A stretch of 64,000 nucleotides of DNA from Thermodesulfobacteriota bacterium (GTDB taxonomy: Bacteria > Desulfobacterota > Desulfobaccia > Desulfobaccales > 0-14-0-80-60-11): positions 3,390 to 67,389 of the forward strand of contig JBFLXM010000010.1 of NCBI GenBank assembly GCA_040757175.1, read 5' to 3'. Positions 20,476-29,743 of the stretch are shown piece after piece; positions within the stretch are counted from its first letter, which is position 1; every line of letters starts with the position of its first letter. The translations under genes were made by a program, and so were the position numbers. Below the pieces are notes generated by a model. The model worked only from the letters and a program-made list of their open reading frames with translations, was not told the DNA's origin and made no database searches.

Positions 20476-20796
20476 ATGATGCTGGTCTTTAACCAACTGG
20501 AAACCTACCTGTACCTGGCCCTGCTGCTGTTCGCCATCGGCCTGTACGGCGTCTTGGCCCGGCGCTCCCTGATCGCCATCCTGATCTCCGTGGAGCTGAT
20601 CCTCAACGCCGCGAGCCTCAATTTTATGGCCTTTAACCGCTTCCTGGCCCCCCATCCGGCGGTGGGCCAGGTCATTACCCTGTTCATCATGGCCGTGGCC
20701 GCCGCCGAGGCCGCCATCGCCTTGAGCATCATCGTGGCCGTGTACCGGAAGCTCAAGTCCATCAACATCGAACACGCCACTGAGCTTAGGGGTTAA
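20476..20796 (+). CDS. nuoK: Complex I subunit K
   Basis: SVELILNAA, GQV, AAAEAAI. Confidence 0.94.
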   Translation: MMLVFNQLETYLYLALLLFAIGLYGVLARRSLIAILISVELILNAASLNFMAFNRFLAPHPAVGQVITLFIMAVAAAEAAIALSIIVAVYRKLKSINIEHATELRG

Positions 20797-20798
20797 TC

Positions 20799-22769
20799 AT
20801 GGGCGCGTGTGATCCCAATTTCCTGTCCTGTTTCCTTATCGTCGCCTTGCCGCTCCTGTCCTTCGCGGTGATCATGATCTTTACCTGGAGAAGGCACAAA
20901 CTCTCCCTGGCCATTTCCCTGACCTGCTCCACCATCCCCCTGATTCTGGCCTGGTCCTTGTTCTTTAGGCTCAAGGACGCGGTCACCATGGCCAAGCCCA
21001 TCGTCACCCAGGTCAACTGGCTGGTGTCCGATGCGGTCATTGTCCCCTTCGGCTTCCTCCTCGATCCGGTGAGCCTCTTAATGCTGGCCATTGTCGCCAC
21101 CATCTCCTGGCTCATCCAGGTTTACTCCATCGGCTACATGGAGGGGGACCCGGGGTTTGCCCGTTTTTATGCGGACCTGTCGCTGTTCGGCATGTCCATG
21201 TTGAGCCTGGTCTCCGCCAGCGGCATGCTCCAATTGTTCATCTCCTGGGAATTGGTAGGGTTGGCTTCATATCTCTTGATCGGTTTCTGGTACGAAAAAT
21301 TCTCCGCGTCCGAAGCCGGCAAGAAGGCATTTGTGGTCACCCGCTTCGGGGACATCGGCTTCTTCATGGGCCTGGTCTTTCTCACCTTCTTTTTGAAGGA
21401 TATCAATATCTTCGGTCTCGGCATCTTTGATATCAATAACGCCGCGCTCACCAAAAAGCTGACCGAAGCCCAGGTAACCCTCTGCGCCCTGTTGATCTTT
21501 TGCGGGGTAGCCGGCAAAAGCGCCCAATTCCCCATCCATGTCTGGCTGCCGGACGCCATGGAAGGTCCCACGCCCGTTTCCGCGTTGCTGCACTCCGCCA
21601 CCATGGTGGCCGCGGGTATCTATTTGATAACCCGGCTGTTCCCTTTATTTGCCGCGTCCGCCACCGCCATGTCGGTGGTCCTGGCCATCTCCACCATCAC
21701 CCTGCTGCTCTCTTCCACCATCGGCATGGTGGCCAAGGACATCAAGCAGGTCTGGGCCTATTCCACGGTAAGCCAACTGGGGTTTATGGCCATGGGCTTG
21801 TCAGCCGCGGCCCTGGGGGGGAGCACCCTGTTCGCCGGCTACTATCATCTCACCACCCATGCCGCGTTTAAGGCCCTGCTCTTTCTCTGCGCCGGCGTCT
21901 TTATCCACCACTTCGGCACCAACGACTTTTTCGTCATGAGCAAAGACGGGGGCCGCAAACTGGCCATCCCCATGATCACGGTCACCATCGGCGCCCTGGC
22001 CCTGGCCGGGATTTTTCCGTTCTCCGGCTTCTTCAGCAAGGAAGCCATCCTGGGCCAGTTGTGGCACCTGCCCAACAAGATGTGGGTGGGCCTGGCGCTT
22101 TTCGGGGCCTTCTTGACGGCCTACTACACCTTCCGGGTGATCTTCGTCATGCTCTTGCCCCGCAAGGATGATGATCCTATCTGGAAAGAGTATTACGTGC
22201 GGGAAGAGGGGGGACATGGGCATGGCGCCCATGATGATGCCCACGGCGGCGGCCATGACGAACATCACGGCGTTCCCTGGGTCATGTCCTTTCCCCTGAT
22301 CGTGCTGGCCGGTTTCACCCTGGTCCTGGGGTTCATGCAGGCTCCCCTGGAGAAGTTCCTCCTGGGGGAATCCCATCCCCATGACCTGAATTATTTGCTT
22401 CTCTTCCTGGCGGTGGGTTGCGCCCTGGGGGGCATCGGCGTGGCCTGGCTCGACTGGGGCCGCTCCGGGGCCAAATGGCAGGGTTTCATCAGGAAGTTCC
22501 CGGCCCTGGAGACCTTTTTCATCCAGAAATGGTATATGGACCATTTCTGGCGCTGGTTCCTGAACACCTTCATCTACGGCACCTTCTCCCGGATCTTCAC
22601 TTATAACGACCGGCGGGTGGTGGACGGCGGCGTGGACGCGGTGGCCTTCTCCACCATCGGCAGCGGCCGCCTCCTGTCTTTCATCCAGACCGCGTTTGTG
22701 CAACTCAACCTGCTTTTCATGGTCCTGGTCCTGGCTGGGGTCGGGCTATATCTCTTGATGGGTCGCTGA
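20799..22769 (+). CDS. nuoL: Complex I subunit L
   Basis: GKSAQFPIHVWLPDAMEGPTPVSALLHSATMV, THAAFKALLFL; His-rich loop. Confidence 0.96.
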   Translation: MGACDPNFLSCFLIVALPLLSFAVIMIFTWRRHKLSLAISLTCSTIPLILAWSLFFRLKDAVTMAKPIVTQVNWLVSDAVIVPFGFLLDPVSLLMLAIVATISWLIQVYSIGYMEGDPGFARFYADLSLFGMSMLSLVSASGMLQLFISWELVGLASYLLIGFWYEKFSASEAGKKAFVVTRFGDIGFFMGLVFLTFFLKDINIFGLGIFDINNAALTKKLTEAQVTLCALLIFCGVAGKSAQFPIHVWLPDAMEGPTPVSALLHSATMVAAGIYLITRLFPLFAASATAMSVVLAISTITLLLSSTIGMVAKDIKQVWAYSTVSQLGFMAMGLSAAALGGSTLFAGYYHLTTHAAFKALLFLCAGVFIHHFGTNDFFVMSKDGGRKLAIPMITVTIGALALAGIFPFSGFFSKEAILGQLWHLPNKMWVGLALFGAFLTAYYTFRVIFVMLLPRKDDDPIWKEYYVREEGGHGHGAHDDAHGGGHDEHHGVPWVMSFPLIVLAGFTLVLGFMQAPLEKFLLGESHPHDLNYLLLFLAVGCALGGIGVAWLDWGRSGAKWQGFIRKFPALETFFIQKWYMDHFWRWFLNTFIYGTFSRIFTYNDRRVVDGGVDAVAFSTIGSGRLLSFIQTAFVQLNLLFMVLVLAGVGLYLLMGR

Positions 22770-22770
22770 T

Positions 22771-24243
22771 ATGACCGAACATGCTGCCACTTTTCCGGTA
22801 TTGTCGTGCATGCTCATCGCGCCGCTGGCGGGCCTGATCATCCTCCTGCTGCTCAAGGAAGAGCAGAAGTTCCTGATCCGGGCCGTCTCCCTGGTGTCCG
22901 GGGGCATCTCCCTGGCTCTCGCCATCTATACCTTCGTAGCCTATGACAAGGGTCTGGGGGGCCTGCAGTTCGTTGAAAAGTACGAAATGGTGAAGACCTT
23001 CGGGATCACCTACTTTGTGGGCGTGGAGGGTTTGAACGCGCCGCTGCTGCTGCTCACCGGCATCGTCATCTTCACCGGCGTCCTCACCATGTGGGAGTTG
23101 GAAGAACGGACCAAGGAATTCTTCATCTGGATTCTCGCCCTGGTCACCGGGGTCTTCGGCGTGTTCATGTCCTATGACATGTTCATGTTCTTCCTCTTCT
23201 ATGAGATCGCCGTGGTCCCCATGTACATCCTGATTCTGGTCTGGGGCTCCACCCGCAAAGAATACGCGGCCATGAAGCTGACCCTCTACCTGATGGCGGG
23301 CAGCGGCCTCATCATCCCCGGCATCTTGATGCTTTATTCCGCGTCCGGTCTCAACACCTTCAACATGTTGCTGCTCCATAAGGCCCATTTCTCCCCCTGG
23401 GTGCAGAAGGTGGCCTTTGTGTTGCTTTTCTTCGGCTTTGGGGTGCTGGCCGCGGTCTGGCCGCTCCACACGTGGTCTCCCGTGGGCCACGTGGCCGCGC
23501 CCACCGCGGTGAGCATGCTCCACGCGGGCGTGCTCATGAAGCTGGGTTCCTTTGCGGTCCTCAGGGTGGCCATGTACCTTTGCCCGGACGGCTTCCATTA
23601 CTGGGCCCAACTCATGGCCCTGTTGGCCACCGTGGGCATTGTTTACGGGGTCTTCGTGGGCCTGGCCCAAACCGACCTGAAATACGTCATCGGTTACTCT
23701 TCCGTGTCCCACATGGGCATCGTCTGCCTGGGACTGGCCACGGGCACGGTGGACGGGGTCAACGGCTCGGTCTTCCAGATGTTCGCCCACGGCATTATGA
23801 CCGCCCTCTTCTTCTCTTCGGTGGGCTATATTTATGACCGCACCCATACCCGGGATATCCACGAGTTGGGAGGCTTCTCCAGGATCATGCCCGTGGCTTC
23901 GGCCTTCTTCATCATCGCCGCGCTCTGCGGCGCGGGGGTGCCGGGCATGGCCTCCTTCTGGGCGGAACTGCTGGTCTTCATCGCCACCGTCAAGGTCTTC
24001 CCGGTGCAGGGCCTGTTGGCCATCGCCGCCCTGGTGGTGGGCGCTCTCTTCGCCCTGCGGGTCGTGCAAACCACCTTTTTTAACGAACCTAATCCCAAGT
24101 TTACGCACTTTGAGGACGTCAGCCCCTTTCTGGGCCTGCCCCGGATGATGCTCATCGCCACCCTGATCTTTTTCGGGATTTTTCCCCAGACCATGGTGGG
24201 CATGATCAAGTCCGCGGTGATCCCCTTCCTCCAGGGAATGTAA
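22771..24243 (+). CDS. nuoM: Complex I subunit M
   Basis: WPLHTW...HVAAPT.VSMLHAGVLMKLG, YSSVSHMG. Confidence 0.95.
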   Translation: MTEHAATFPVLSCMLIAPLAGLIILLLLKEEQKFLIRAVSLVSGGISLALAIYTFVAYDKGLGGLQFVEKYEMVKTFGITYFVGVEGLNAPLLLLTGIVIFTGVLTMWELEERTKEFFIWILALVTGVFGVFMSYDMFMFFLFYEIAVVPMYILILVWGSTRKEYAAMKLTLYLMAGSGLIIPGILMLYSASGLNTFNMLLLHKAHFSPWVQKVAFVLLFFGFGVLAAVWPLHTWSPVGHVAAPTAVSMLHAGVLMKLGSFAVLRVAMYLCPDGFHYWAQLMALLATVGIVYGVFVGLAQTDLKYVIGYSSVSHMGIVCLGLATGTVDGVNGSVFQMFAHGIMTALFFSSVGYIYDRTHTRDIHELGGFSRIMPVASAFFIIAALCGAGVPGMASFWAELLVFIATVKVFPVQGLLAIAALVVGALFALRVVQTTFFNEPNPKFTHFEDVSPFLGLPRMMLIATLIFFGIFPQTMVGMIKSAVIPFLQGM

Positions 24244-24246
24244 AAG

Positions 24247-25662
24247 ATGAACGTGATGCTCTTCGGACCGGAACTTTACTACTTGGGCGCGGCCCTGGTG
24301 TTCTTCCTCCTCAGCCTGAAACGCCGGCCGGAGCCCAAGGCGGATTTCCAAATCGCCCTGGCCCTGGCCATCGGCGGCCTGGTGGTCACCGGCTTATGTC
24401 TCTGTCAGCAGGGGGAGTTGTTTTTCAAGGCCTACCGGGTGGATCTCTTCAGCCAAATCTTTAAGTTCGCCCTGGCCCTGGCCTTCTTTTTCGTGTTGAC
24501 CATCTCCCATAACCTGGCCCACATCGAGGAACGCTACCACGCGGAATTCTTTCTCTTCCTGACCACCACCACCATCGGCATGATGATGCTGGTCAGCTCC
24601 GTGGAACTCTTGACCATCTATGTCTCCCTGGAGCTCTCCTCCTATTCCCTGTACATCCTGGTGCCCTTGCGCCGGGGCGACGGCATCGACGTGGAGGCGG
24701 GCATCAAATATCTCCTCATCGGCGCGGTCTCCTCCGGGGTGATGCTCTTCGGGCTGAGCTATCTCTTCGGAGCCACGGGCAGCACCTATATCGCCGATAT
24801 TCTCCCGAAGATGCCCCAACTGGTGTCCAGCCCCATCGGCATCCTGGGCCTGCTCCTGGCCCTGGCGGGCTTCTTCTTTAAGCTCTCGGTCTTCCCCTTC
24901 CACTTCTGGGCCCCGGACGTCTACCAGGGTGCGGCCAACCAGGTGACCACCTTCATCGCCACCGCGTCCAAGGCCGCAGCCGTGGCCCTGCTGCTCCGCC
25001 TGGCGGTCCTGGGCACCAGCTATGGTTACAGTTTCACCCAGGCCCTGGTCTTTCTCTCCATCGTCTCCATGACCCTGGGGAACCTGGTGGCCATCATCCA
25101 AAAAGACTTCAAACGCCTGCTGGCCTACTCTTCCATTGCCCATGCCGGCTACTTCCTCATGGGCGTCCTCACCATGAAAGAGGCGGGCTACACAGCCGCG
25201 GTCTATTACGCCCTGGCCTACCTGGTGATGAACTTCACCGTCTTCATGGTCATCTCCGAAGTGGCCAAGGACGGCCGGGACCTGAAGATTCAGGAGTTGG
25301 CCGGATTGTGGCGCCGCAGCCCCCTGCTCAGCCTCAGCCTCATCGTCGGCCTCTTTGCCCTGGCGGGGGTGCCGCCGTCCATCGGCTTCACCGGCAAACT
25401 CCTCCTCTTCACTTCCGCCATGAACCAGGGATACTTCTGGCTGGTCTTGATCGGCGCGGTGAACGGCACCATCTCCCTTTACTACTATCTCCGGGTCATC
25501 TATTGCTCCTATTTCACCGATGATCCCAACCTGCCGCCGGTGACTGTATCCACGCCTATCCGCATCCTCAATTACGCCTTGATCGCCATCGTCCTGGGCT
25601 TCGGGGTCTTCCCGGACCGCATCGTCGAACTGGCCAAGGCCGCAGTGCATACGGTGCTTTAA
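24247..25662 (+). CDS. nuoN: Complex I subunit N
   Basis: EAGIKY, FKLSVFPFHFWAPDVYQGA, KRLLAYSSIAHAGY. Confidence 0.95.
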   Translation: MNVMLFGPELYYLGAALVFFLLSLKRRPEPKADFQIALALAIGGLVVTGLCLCQQGELFFKAYRVDLFSQIFKFALALAFFFVLTISHNLAHIEERYHAEFFLFLTTTTIGMMMLVSSVELLTIYVSLELSSYSLYILVPLRRGDGIDVEAGIKYLLIGAVSSGVMLFGLSYLFGATGSTYIADILPKMPQLVSSPIGILGLLLALAGFFFKLSVFPFHFWAPDVYQGAANQVTTFIATASKAAAVALLLRLAVLGTSYGYSFTQALVFLSIVSMTLGNLVAIIQKDFKRLLAYSSIAHAGYFLMGVLTMKEAGYTAAVYYALAYLVMNFTVFMVISEVAKDGRDLKIQELAGLWRRSPLLSLSLIVGLFALAGVPPSIGFTGKLLLFTSAMNQGYFWLVLIGAVNGTISLYYYLRVIYCSYFTDDPNLPPVTVSTPIRILNYALIAIVLGFGVFPDRIVELAKAAVHTVL

Positions 25663-25668
25663 AAGGAT

Positions 25669-25792
25669 TCACCACAGAGACACAGAGAGCACAGAGTTAC
25701 ACGGAGAAAAATAATAAAAGAGGGTGGGCCTTTGGCCCACCCTCTTTCTTTATTCCTCTGTGAATCTCTGTGTCCTCTGTGCCCCTGTGGTA
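25669..25792. repeat. Inverted period-9 tracts (CACAGAGNN) enclosing a hairpin
   Basis: caccacagagacacagagagcacagag ... ctctgtgaatctctgtgtcctctgtgcccctgtggt. Confidence 0.75.
25717..25747. terminator. Probable bidirectional intrinsic terminator
   Basis: AAAGAGGGTGGGCC-TTT-GGCCCACCCTCTTT between convergent genes. Confidence 0.7.
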
Positions 25793-25800
25793 AAGTCTTT

Positions 25801-27657
25801 CTACTTCCTGAACAGGGACTCCATCTGCATCAGCAGCCCCAGGTCTCCCTCCACCTGGAATTTCCCGGTCATAAAAGCCGCGGCCCCGTCCATTTCGCCC
25901 CTGGCAATGGCCAGCCAGACGTCCGCGGGGGTCTTGATGATCACGTCGGGTTGGGAGGCCGGACCCTCCTGGAAGGTGGCGGCGCCATTGTCGATGCGCA
26001 GGTGGGCCGTAAAATTTTCCCCGCCGCTCACCTCAAACTGGAAGGTGGCCGTCAGGCCCGCGGCCGCCTCCGCATTCAAGGCCCCGGGCATGGCCTCCAG
26101 CAGTTCCCGGGCCGTTTGGGGGGAGCCGGGATTGCCTGGGTTGGCAGCCGCGGCCAGGGGGGCTTCCCCGGGGGCTCCTTGCTGGCGGGCCATCAGACTT
26201 TTTAGCCAGGCTGCCCGCATTTCCGGGCTGCCGCTGGCCGGAGAGCGGCTCTGGCCGATGTAGGCCTCCAAACTGTCCAGAATCCCCAGTTTCTGCCAGT
26301 GCTCAAAGTCCGCCTTCATAAAATCCCGGTTCTCTTTGATCAGTCCGCCCATGAAATGCCAGTAATCCAAATCCCGGTCGGTGGGCGGGTAGCGCCGTCC
26401 CTCTTTCACCGCCCGGGCCAGGTCCCGGGCCAGGTCTCCGGCCCGGGCCTCCACCGCCTCCTTCCCCCAAAAGGCCCCGGGGCCGACGGCGATGGCGGTG
26501 AGCTGCCCCACCGCAAAGGCCCCGTAGACCCCCAATAACCCTGCCAGGTATTGGGCCACCTGGGTCTCCCCCCAACCCGCGGACACGCTCACCGCCAGGC
26601 CCGGCTTCCAGGTGCCCCGGGGGCGATGGCCGTAACCCAGGGAACGGTCCAGAAAGGTCTTCATCTGCCCGGTGACCTGGTGGAAGTAAACCGGCGAAGC
26701 CAAAATCACCGCGTCCGCGTCCAGGAGCCTTTTGACCACTCCTTTGTGGTCGTCCCGGATCCAGCACGCGCCTTTCTCCAGGCACACCGCGCAGCCGGTA
26801 CAGTATTCGATCTGCTGCTGGCTCAAGAAGATTTCTTCCAGAGCGAATCCCTCTTCCGCCAGATGCTCTTTGAGCATGGCGAGCATCTGGGAGGTGTTGC
26901 CAAAACCCTCGTGGGGAGAGCCGTTGAGGGCCGCCACCTGGTATTTAAAAGACATCCTGTCTTCCTCCTTTCTATCTTTCATGGATATTTCCATGCCAAT
27001 TGGAACGTCTTTCTGCGTGATTGCCCCCGGGCCAGCCGGCTTAGTTGGCTGCGCGGCTTCTCCCGCCGGCAGGCCCAATTGCCGCCGCCGGTAACCAGGA
27101 TACCACTTAGTAACCGGAAACCCCACCCCTAAAATCAGGGCCAGAGGCAAGACCGAGGTGAAAAGCCAAGGCCGGCCCATCCCGGGCCATAAGTGGGGAA
27201 CCAAAGTCACCAGGGCGTTCAGGGCGAATAGAGAAGCCCAAAAATAGGTGAGCCGCCGGTTGATTTCCTGAAAAAGGGGCGTTTCCCAGACCGCTGCCGG
27301 GGTGGTTTTGCGGGCAAAATAGGTGGTGAACGGGGCCGCGCCCACTAGAGGCTGGGCTGCGGCGGTAAGAAAGAGACCAGCATAAAGGACGGTGAGGGGA
27401 TACCCCGCCATGATCCGGCCCAGCCCTTGGGGGAAGAGCCAAAACCCCAAAGCCGCCAGAAAAAAATAGCCGATGAGAGCCAGATCCAGGTCCGAGGCCT
27501 GCCCCCGGACGCGCCTATACCCTAGAAATGGAGCCAGGACCAGTAACATTACCAGGACCACGGGCCTCATGATCTCCCCCCGGAAATGGCAGCTCGCTCC
27601 CCAGGCGCTATAGAGGGAAAATCCCACCCAACCGGCGTATTCAAGGAAACGGTTCAT
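25801..27657 (-). CDS. Fusion: membrane domain + iron-sulfur flavoprotein (flavodoxin fold) + SCP2 lipid-binding domain
   Basis: About 6 TM segments; NGSP..GNT, CTGCAVCLEKGAC, ASPVY, MKTFLDR; C-terminal AFMTGKFQVEGDL. Confidence 0.8.
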   Translation of the reverse strand: MNRFLEYAGWVGFSLYSAWGASCHFRGEIMRPVVLVMLLVLAPFLGYRRVRGQASDLDLALIGYFFLAALGFWLFPQGLGRIMAGYPLTVLYAGLFLTAAAQPLVGAAPFTTYFARKTTPAAVWETPLFQEINRRLTYFWASLFALNALVTLVPHLWPGMGRPWLFTSVLPLALILGVGFPVTKWYPGYRRRQLGLPAGEAAQPTKPAGPGAITQKDVPIGMEISMKDRKEEDRMSFKYQVAALNGSPHEGFGNTSQMLAMLKEHLAEEGFALEEIFLSQQQIEYCTGCAVCLEKGACWIRDDHKGVVKRLLDADAVILASPVYFHQVTGQMKTFLDRSLGYGHRPRGTWKPGLAVSVSAGWGETQVAQYLAGLLGVYGAFAVGQLTAIAVGPGAFWGKEAVEARAGDLARDLARAVKEGRRYPPTDRDLDYWHFMGGLIKENRDFMKADFEHWQKLGILDSLEAYIGQSRSPASGSPEMRAAWLKSLMARQQGAPGEAPLAAAANPGNPGSPQTARELLEAMPGALNAEAAAGLTATFQFEVSGGENFTAHLRIDNGAATFQEGPASQPDVIIKTPADVWLAIARGEMDGAAAFMTGKFQVEGDLGLLMQMESLFRK

Positions 27658-27691
27658 TTTCAGCTAATATATACCGAGACTCACAGGTTGG

Positions 27692-27723
27692 AAAAAAAAA
27701 TCTGCCCCGGCAAGCCGGGGCGG
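27692..27723 (-). terminator. Intrinsic terminator
   Basis: CCGCCCCGGC-TTG-CCGGGGCAG stem followed by a T-run on the minus strand. Confidence 0.7.
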
Positions 27724-27772
27724 AACCTTTTTTCTTTCTCTCCGCTCTCGGTGCCTCCCTGGTGAATCCGTT

Positions 27773-28807
27773 TCAACCCCCTGGTGCGGCCCGGATCTGC
27801 ATCAGGTCGATGTGATGGGAGTGGAGCCAGCGGTAGATGGTCTTGCTGCAGACCCGCAGCCGCCGGGACAGGGCGGAAATATTGCCCCCTTCCGCCAACA
27901 ACAGTTCCTCCAATTGGGTCCGGCCCGGGCGGGCCGGGAGGTCCTGGACCCGGGGGATGAAAGCCGGCCCGCCTAAGCGCGGCCACTGGGAGGTAAAAGA
28001 CAGGTCCCGCTCCCGAATCACTGACCCGGCGCTGAAAAGAACGGCCCGGGTGATGACGTTCTTCAGTTCCCGGACGTTTCCCGGCCAGTGGTATTGTTGC
28101 AGGCGCCGGGCCGCAGCCGGGGTTAAACCCACCGGCCCCTCCCGGCCCAGGAGACGGGCCGCGTCCTGGCCGAAATGGCCGGCCAGGAGCAGGATGTCCT
28201 CTCCCCGCTCCCTCAGGGGTGGCAGGTGCAGGAGCAACACTGCCAGGCGGTCGTATAAATCATGGCGGAACCGGCCCTGGGCCATGAGAGTGGGAAGGTC
28301 CTGATTGCTGGCGGCCACCAGGCGCACATCCACCCGGATGGGAGCATCAGCCCCCAGGGGCTCTATCTCTCCTTGCTCCACGGCCCGCAACAGCCGGGGC
28401 TGGATGGCTAAAGGCAGATCCCCCACTTCGTCCAGGAAAAGGGTGCCCCCATGAGCCAACTTGAACTTGCCGCAGCGGCTGCGGCGAGCGTCAGTGAAAG
28501 AGCCCTGAAGATGGCCGAAGAGCTCGCTGCAAGCCAGGGACTCGAGCAAAGTGGCGCAATTGATCCGCAAAAAGGGGTGACCGCGGCGGGGGCTCAACTG
28601 CCAGAGGGCTTCGGCCACCAATTCCTTGCCCGTGCCCGGCTCTCCGGCCAGGAGAACCGGCAGCTCGGACCGGGCATAAAGAGGCAGGCCGGCCAAAATC
28701 TGCTGCAAAGGAGGATAAACGGTGATAATGCGGCTCACCGGCGGAGTCCCACCGGGTTTTAGAAAGTTTGCCTCCCCGGAGGCCAGATGGCAATTATTCC
28801 CCACCAT
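27773..28807 (-). CDS. Sigma54-interaction AAA+ regulator with HTH and no N-terminal sensory domain
   Basis: GEPGTGKE, SELFGH..GSFTDA, LFLDEVG, WPGNVRELKN, Fis-type HTH. Confidence 0.88.
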   Translation of the reverse strand: MVGNNCHLASGEANFLKPGGTPPVSRIITVYPPLQQILAGLPLYARSELPVLLAGEPGTGKELVAEALWQLSPRRGHPFLRINCATLLESLACSELFGHLQGSFTDARRSRCGKFKLAHGGTLFLDEVGDLPLAIQPRLLRAVEQGEIEPLGADAPIRVDVRLVAASNQDLPTLMAQGRFRHDLYDRLAVLLLHLPPLRERGEDILLLAGHFGQDAARLLGREGPVGLTPAAARRLQQYHWPGNVRELKNVITRAVLFSAGSVIRERDLSFTSQWPRLGGPAFIPRVQDLPARPGRTQLEELLLAEGGNISALSRRLRVCSKTIYRWLHSHHIDLMQIRAAPGG

Positions 28808-28921
28808 AAACTTAGCCTCTCCTTGCGCTTACGCGGCTTCCCTAGTTGGACCGGGAGATTTCAGGAGGGTGCGAATTAGGATTTTGTAAACTTTTTCATA
28901 TAATAAAAAATAAATTATTAA

Positions 28922-28951
28922 ATTATATTATTAGATAAAATTAATTGTCAA
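28922..28951 (-). promoter_or_regulatory. Consensus sigma70 promoter in an AT-rich block
   Basis: TTGACA-N18-TATAAT on the minus strand. Confidence 0.6.
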
Positions 28952-29005
28952 GATATTTTTGAAATTAATTTGTAGAACCGAATTTTTTTACAAATCCGGA
29001 CCCAG

Positions 29006-29488
29006 CTAGAGCCCGGCCAATATTTCTTCAGCCTGGCGCCTCACTTCCAGGTGGGGGCTGGTTAAGGCCAGAATCTGCACCCGCCCCCTAAAACCCTGCT
29101 GTTCCACCCGGCTGCGTGATCCTAACTGCCCGGCCATGGCCCGCAATACCTCCGCCACTAGCAGTGGCTCATTATAATCCAGCAGCCGGTTCAAGGCTCC
29201 CCACTCCTCCGGCAACCCATATTCGTTGACAAAAAACTTTACAAAATAATGGAACTTCTTGGTCCCATGATGGGTCTCCAACTCCCTCAGGGCCGTCTGG
29301 TACTCCGGGCGGCCCCGCTTGCCTTTGAACAGGGCCTCAGCCTGGCGCAAAGCCTGCTGCCGCTCCCGCTCCGCCTCTTTTTTGGGGAGCCGGGTCTTTT
29401 TCGGAGCCTGGTGCTGCTGCCGGTCCCGGCGCTGGTCGATCTCCTTCCAGGTGAGGCGTTCCCGGTCGTCATCGTCTTTCGGTGTCAT
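29006..29488 (-). CDS. Hypothetical protein
   Basis: 160-aa helical ORF (TWKEID..RD) with host-like codon usage. Confidence 0.7.
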   Translation of the reverse strand: MTPKDDDDRERLTWKEIDQRRDRQQHQAPKKTRLPKKEAERERQQALRQAEALFKGKRGRPEYQTALRELETHHGTKKFHYFVKFFVNEYGLPEEWGALNRLLDYNEPLLVAEVLRAMAGQLGSRSRVEQQGFRGRVQILALTSPHLEVRRQAEEILAGL

Positions 29489-29511
29489 TTGTCTTACCTT
29501 TGCAAGCAGTT

Positions 29512-29740
29512 TTTCCGTTTTTCGTTTTGCGTTTTTCGTTTTTCGTTTTTCGTTTTGCGTTTTTCGTTTTTCGTTTTGCGTAAAAGACAGAGTTTCGGAG
29601 TGATGAAATTCGTTTGGCTGCTTTCGCCCTCCAAGACCATCTGGGAATTAATTGGGAACCGTGGTCTAAGCCTTGAACCTTGAAATTTTCGCAGCAAGCA
29701 TTTTTTTCACGAAAAACGTAAAACGCAAAACGTAAAACGA
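29512..29740. repeat. Inverted pair of heptamer tracts (CGTTTTT/CGTTTTG)n / (AAAACGY)n
   Basis: About 10 units at 29512-29581 and about 4 inverted units at 29708-29740. Confidence 0.9.
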
Positions 29741-29743
29741 TCT

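Noticed and set aside
29512-29581. Tandem tracts as a CRISPR array
   Set aside because: 7-nt units with no unique spacers and no cas genes in the window.
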